Part shown: positions 38,593 through 41,420 of the stretch, piece after piece | Layout: each line of letters opens with the position of its first letter | Position numbering within the stretch: the stretch's first letter is position 1 | Origin: Flavobacteriales bacterium | GTDB lineage: Bacteria; Bacteroidota; Bacteroidia; Flavobacteriales_D; CAJJDF01 | Assembly: GCA_049609665.1 (NCBI GenBank) | Contig: JBMYYT010000002.1 | Span: forward strand, 1-41,420 | Reading direction: 5' to 3' | Length of the DNA: 41,420 nucleotides | Notes under the pieces: generated by a model | What the model saw: the letters and a program-made list of their open reading frames with translations, nothing else | What the model was told of the DNA's origin: nothing | The model's database searches: none | Made by a program: the position numbers and the translations under genes

Positions 38593-39285
38593 CTAAACTT
38601 CAAAGTTGAAGCCTCCTTTTTTGAGTATTTCATATCTCTTCTCGTCAAACTCATAAAGCTTCGCAGGACGATGAGAAACGTTTTCTTGAAGATTTCCAGT
38701 CTCTCTTAAAAACTTCATTTGAAGAATTTTTTTTCTAAAATTTCTAATGTCCATTTTTACTCCAAGAATAGCTTCATACAACATTTGCAATTCCGTGAGA
38801 GTAAAATGCGGAGGCAAAAGCTCAAAACCGATTGGCATTGTTCTTACTTTTCTTTTCAGCCTATTTACACAGGATAACAAAATTTTGTCGTGGTCAAAAG
38901 CTAAATCTTTTACATTGTTCACCTTAAACCATTTAGCTTTTGAAGCGAAAGAAGAAGGACTTAATTCATAATCATCTATTTTAACTAAAGTAAAATATCC
39001 TGTTGTAAGCACTCGTCCTAAAGGGTGTCTTTGAATTTCTCCAAAAGTTTCTACTTGCTCAAAATAAAGATTACTCAACCCTGTAAGATCTTTAAGAATT
39101 CTGTTGACAGAAGCATTTAAGTCTTCATCAGGGCTCATTAAATCTCCTGGCAAAGCCCAAAAATCCTTAAATGGAATTTCTCCTCTTTCAATTAAAAGAA
39201 CCTTCAAATCAACACCATCGAATCCAAAAACCACACAATCAATGGAAACTGCAAGAGTAAAATATTTTTTTAAACTATCCTTCAA
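38593..39285 (-). CDS. NrtR/AraR-family transcriptional regulator (Nudix domain plus winged helix)
   Basis: SIDCVVFGFD, WALPG, EQVETFG..RHP.GRV, LAFDH, FTLTELQ.LYEAILG, DIRNFRKK, HRPAKLY; TTG start. Confidence 0.93.
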   Translation of the reverse strand: MKDSLKKYFTLAVSIDCVVFGFDGVDLKVLLIERGEIPFKDFWALPGDLMSPDEDLNASVNRILKDLTGLSNLYFEQVETFGEIQRHPLGRVLTTGYFTLVKIDDYELSPSSFASKAKWFKVNNVKDLAFDHDKILLSCVNRLKRKVRTMPIGFELLPPHFTLTELQMLYEAILGVKMDIRNFRKKILQMKFLRETGNLQENVSHRPAKLYEFDEKRYEILKKGGFNFEV

Positions 39286-39417
39286 AAACTATCTGTTAAA
39301 ATTATGTTACAAACATACCTAAAAATATGAAAAAAGAAAATGGGAACTACAACTTTTACTTCTTAATAAATAGTAAATTCACACGTTGAATAGAGTCATC
39401 AACTAATTAAAAAAACT

Positions 39418-39960
39418 ATGAAAATATACACGAAAACGGGCGATAAAGGAGAAACTTCTTTACTTGGAGGGGCAAGAGTCCCAAAATTTCATTTACGAAT
39501 AGAAGCCTACGGAACTGTGGATGAATTAAATTCTCATTTAGGATTAATTCGAGATCAAGAAATTGATTCGATGACTCGAGAATTTATCATTCAAATACAA
39601 AATAATCTATTTGTAATTGGTTCTCATTTGGCTAAAGAACCCGGAAAAGATAAAGTTAAAATCCCTTCTATTTCTGAAGAGATGATTATAGAGTTGGAAA
39701 ATAAAATGGACGAAATGAATGAGGTTTTACCCGATATGAAATTTTTTGTTCTTCCTGGAGGACATCAAACTGTATCTCATTGTCATGTAGCTCGATGTGT
39801 TTGCAGAAGAGCAGAAAGAATTTGCGTCCACCTTTCTCAAAACAGTGAAGTGGATCCAATAATAACTAAATATTTGAATCGCCTTTCGGACTACTTATTT
39901 GTCTTGAGCCGTAAATTTACTCAAGATTTAAATGCAGAAGAAATTCCTTGGAAGAGTTAA
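39418..39960 (+). CDS. pduO: ATP:cob(I)alamin adenosyltransferase, PduO type
   Basis: MKIYTKTGDKGET, YGTVDELNS, FVLPGG, RCVCRRAER, YLNRLSDYLF. Confidence 0.95.
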   Translation: MKIYTKTGDKGETSLLGGARVPKFHLRIEAYGTVDELNSHLGLIRDQEIDSMTREFIIQIQNNLFVIGSHLAKEPGKDKVKIPSISEEMIIELENKMDEMNEVLPDMKFFVLPGGHQTVSHCHVARCVCRRAERICVHLSQNSEVDPIITKYLNRLSDYLFVLSRKFTQDLNAEEIPWKS

Positions 39961-40090
39961 AAGTTTATCCCTTTTAACATTATTTACAACCCTTTAACAA
40001 TTTTTGGCTGTTGAAGTTTCGATAAATATTTACTTTTATTTCACAAATTGTAACATTTAGAGCTATTAATAGTTATAGTTGAAACAAAGC

Positions 40091-41420
40091 ATGAAAAACT
40101 CTATTCTCCTCTTACTATTCTGTTTTTCTGGATTGATATATTCTCAATCCATTTCTGGCTTTGTTATGGATGAAAATAACGCGCCTGTTCCTTATGCAAA
40201 TATTTTCGTTAAGTCTACTCAACAAGGGACCTCAACTGATGGAAACGGACAATATACCTATCAGTTTAATAATCATGGAATATATACCATTGTAGTTACC
40301 GCAATTGGTTTCGAGACCCAGGAATTTACAGTTTCAATTGGTGGAAATAAAGAGGTTGTGAAAAACATTTGGCTAAAAACCGATGTAAAAAAATTAAAAG
40401 AATTTGAAATAAAAAGTAAAGGCCGTGATCCTGCTTATGGGATTATTAAAAATGCAATCAAAAATAAGGAAAGATGGAACACTCAGATTCAAAGCAGTAA
40501 ATGTGAGGTATATATAAAAGGAAAAGAAATTATCTCTGAAAAAGAACGCAAAAAAAGAGAAAGAAGAGAACGTCAAAGCAGAAGACAAGAAGAAATTCAA
40601 GAACAGGCAAAAGAAAAAACTGACGAAGAATTATTTGACGAAGCTGAGAAGAAACGGAAAAAAGAAATTTACAAATTAGCCAATAGCATCAATATGATGG
40701 AGGTGAAAATGGAGAGGCATTTTCAAGCTCCAAACAAAGTAAAAGAAATAAGAAGCGCCTATAAAAAGTATGGAAATACCTTTGGTTTGTTTTTTAAAAA
40801 CACGATCCAAAACGAATTCAATTTTTACGACAACTTGATGAATCTCTATAAACTGAATGAAGTACCGTTGGTTTCTCCATTGAACTCACTCTCAGTACTT
40901 ACCTATAAATTCAAATTGATTGAAACTAAGTTTGACGAAGGTATAATGGTTTTTAAAATTCAAGTTACTCCACGTAAAAAAGGAAATGCAACCTGGGAAG
41001 GACATATTTGGATAAGAGATAATTCTTATAATATTGACAAAGTTGATTTATCACTTCATAAAGGAGGATTGCTTAAATACACTGATTTTAGGATTCAACA
41101 AGAATATTCGTTTAATGAAGATTCTGTTTTATTGACGTACAAACAGGTTTTTGATTATGTAGAAAAATCAGGAAGAACAAGCTTTACCGGAAATACAACA
41201 GTTGTTTATTCGAATTATCAATTAGACGTAGAGTTTCCGAAAAGGTACTTCGGTAATGAAGTAGGTGTTACCACTGCCGAAGCTTACGAAAGAGATTCAA
41301 CCTATTGGGATAAAATTCGACCACAACCTTTAACTAAAAAGGAACAAAGATTTCAATTCATCAAAGACAGTATTCACGATTATGTCAATTCCCCAGCCTA
41401 TTTAGATTCAGTGGATTCGG
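40091..41420 (+). CDS. DUF5686 and carboxypeptidase-regulatory-like domain outer membrane protein (3' end outside window)
   Basis: Open frame read manually from ATG 40091: signal peptide, ISGFVMDENNAPVPYANI...GTSTDGNGQY, DPAYGIIKNAI, FNFYDN, VSPL, YKFKL, KIQVTPR, DSTYWDKIRPQPLT. Confidence 0.85.
   Translation, partial: MKNSILLLLFCFSGLIYSQSISGFVMDENNAPVPYANIFVKSTQQGTSTDGNGQYTYQFNNHGIYTIVVTAIGFETQEFTVSIGGNKEVVKNIWLKTDVKKLKEFEIKSKGRDPAYGIIKNAIKNKERWNTQIQSSKCEVYIKGKEIISEKERKKRERRERQSRRQEEIQEQAKEKTDEELFDEAEKKRKKEIYKLANSINMMEVKMERHFQAPNKVKEIRSAYKKYGNTFGLFFKNTIQNEFNFYDNLMNLYKLNEVPLVSPLNSLSVLTYKFKLIETKFDEGIMVFKIQVTPRKKGNATWEGHIWIRDNSYNIDKVDLSLHKGGLLKYTDFRIQQEYSFNEDSVLLTYKQVFDYVEKSGRTSFTGNTTVVYSNYQLDVEFPKRYFGNEVGVTTAEAYERDSTYWDKIRPQPLTKKEQRFQFIKDSIHDYVNSPAYLDSVDS

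Noticed and set aside
39286-39417. Possible autoregulatory operator upstream of the NrtR-family gene (TATGTT-ACA-AACATA)
   Set aside because: The core is GT-N5-AC and lacks TTATTGT, so it does not match the five-site consensus.
18993-39417. Active mobile element (ICE, prophage or integrative island) at tRNA-Leu
   Set aside because: No integrase, transposase, conjugation or phage genes, and no att duplication seen.
39286-39417. Cobalamin riboswitch upstream of pduO
   Set aside because: The region is short, very AT-rich and lacks the B12-box and conserved stems.
1734-40600. Numerous 60-113 aa ORFs in the track that are antisense or in alternate frames (e.g. 1734-1988, 7163-7450, 26850-27191, 31358-31651, 40394-40600)
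   Set aside because: All lie within or across well-supported genes and show no recognisable motifs; shadow ORFs.

Overview
AT-rich bacterial chromosome segment with Bacteroidota hallmarks: PorZ, T9SS C-terminal domains, a TTG-N19-TAnnTTTG promoter and a DUF5686 protein. It is probably from a Flavobacteriales-like lineage (inference). The left half (1-19.0 kb) is mostly housekeeping and envelope genes: trpS (partial), an orphan Hpt/receiver/LytTR trio, two GT-C-like membrane proteins, porZ, an M20 amidohydrolase, TauE, a POTRA-less Omp85-family protein, cvpA, sdhCAB, acpP-fabF and tRNA-Leu(CAA). The right half (19.05-39.3 kb) is a 20-kb, all-minus-strand beta-glucan (probably laminarin/beta-1,3-glucan) utilisation locus with NO SusC/SusD pair. 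In that position sit two translationally coupled, distantly paralogous outer-membrane beta-barrel-like proteins and two lipoproteins. These are followed by GH3, two non-catalytic T9SS-secreted multi-CBM-like proteins, GH16, a GH2/GH158-like enzyme split by a +1 frameshift in an A7 tract, a BadF-type sugar kinase and a proteobacterial-looking zwf-pgl-edd-eda operon. An NrtR/AraR-family regulator with a degenerate Nudix box lies beside the locus, and five TTATTGT-N7-AC(A/T)(A/C)T(A/T)A boxes precede its three predicted transcription units. The window ends with pduO and a partial DUF5686 gene. All family assignments are from motif recognition by eye, not database searches.
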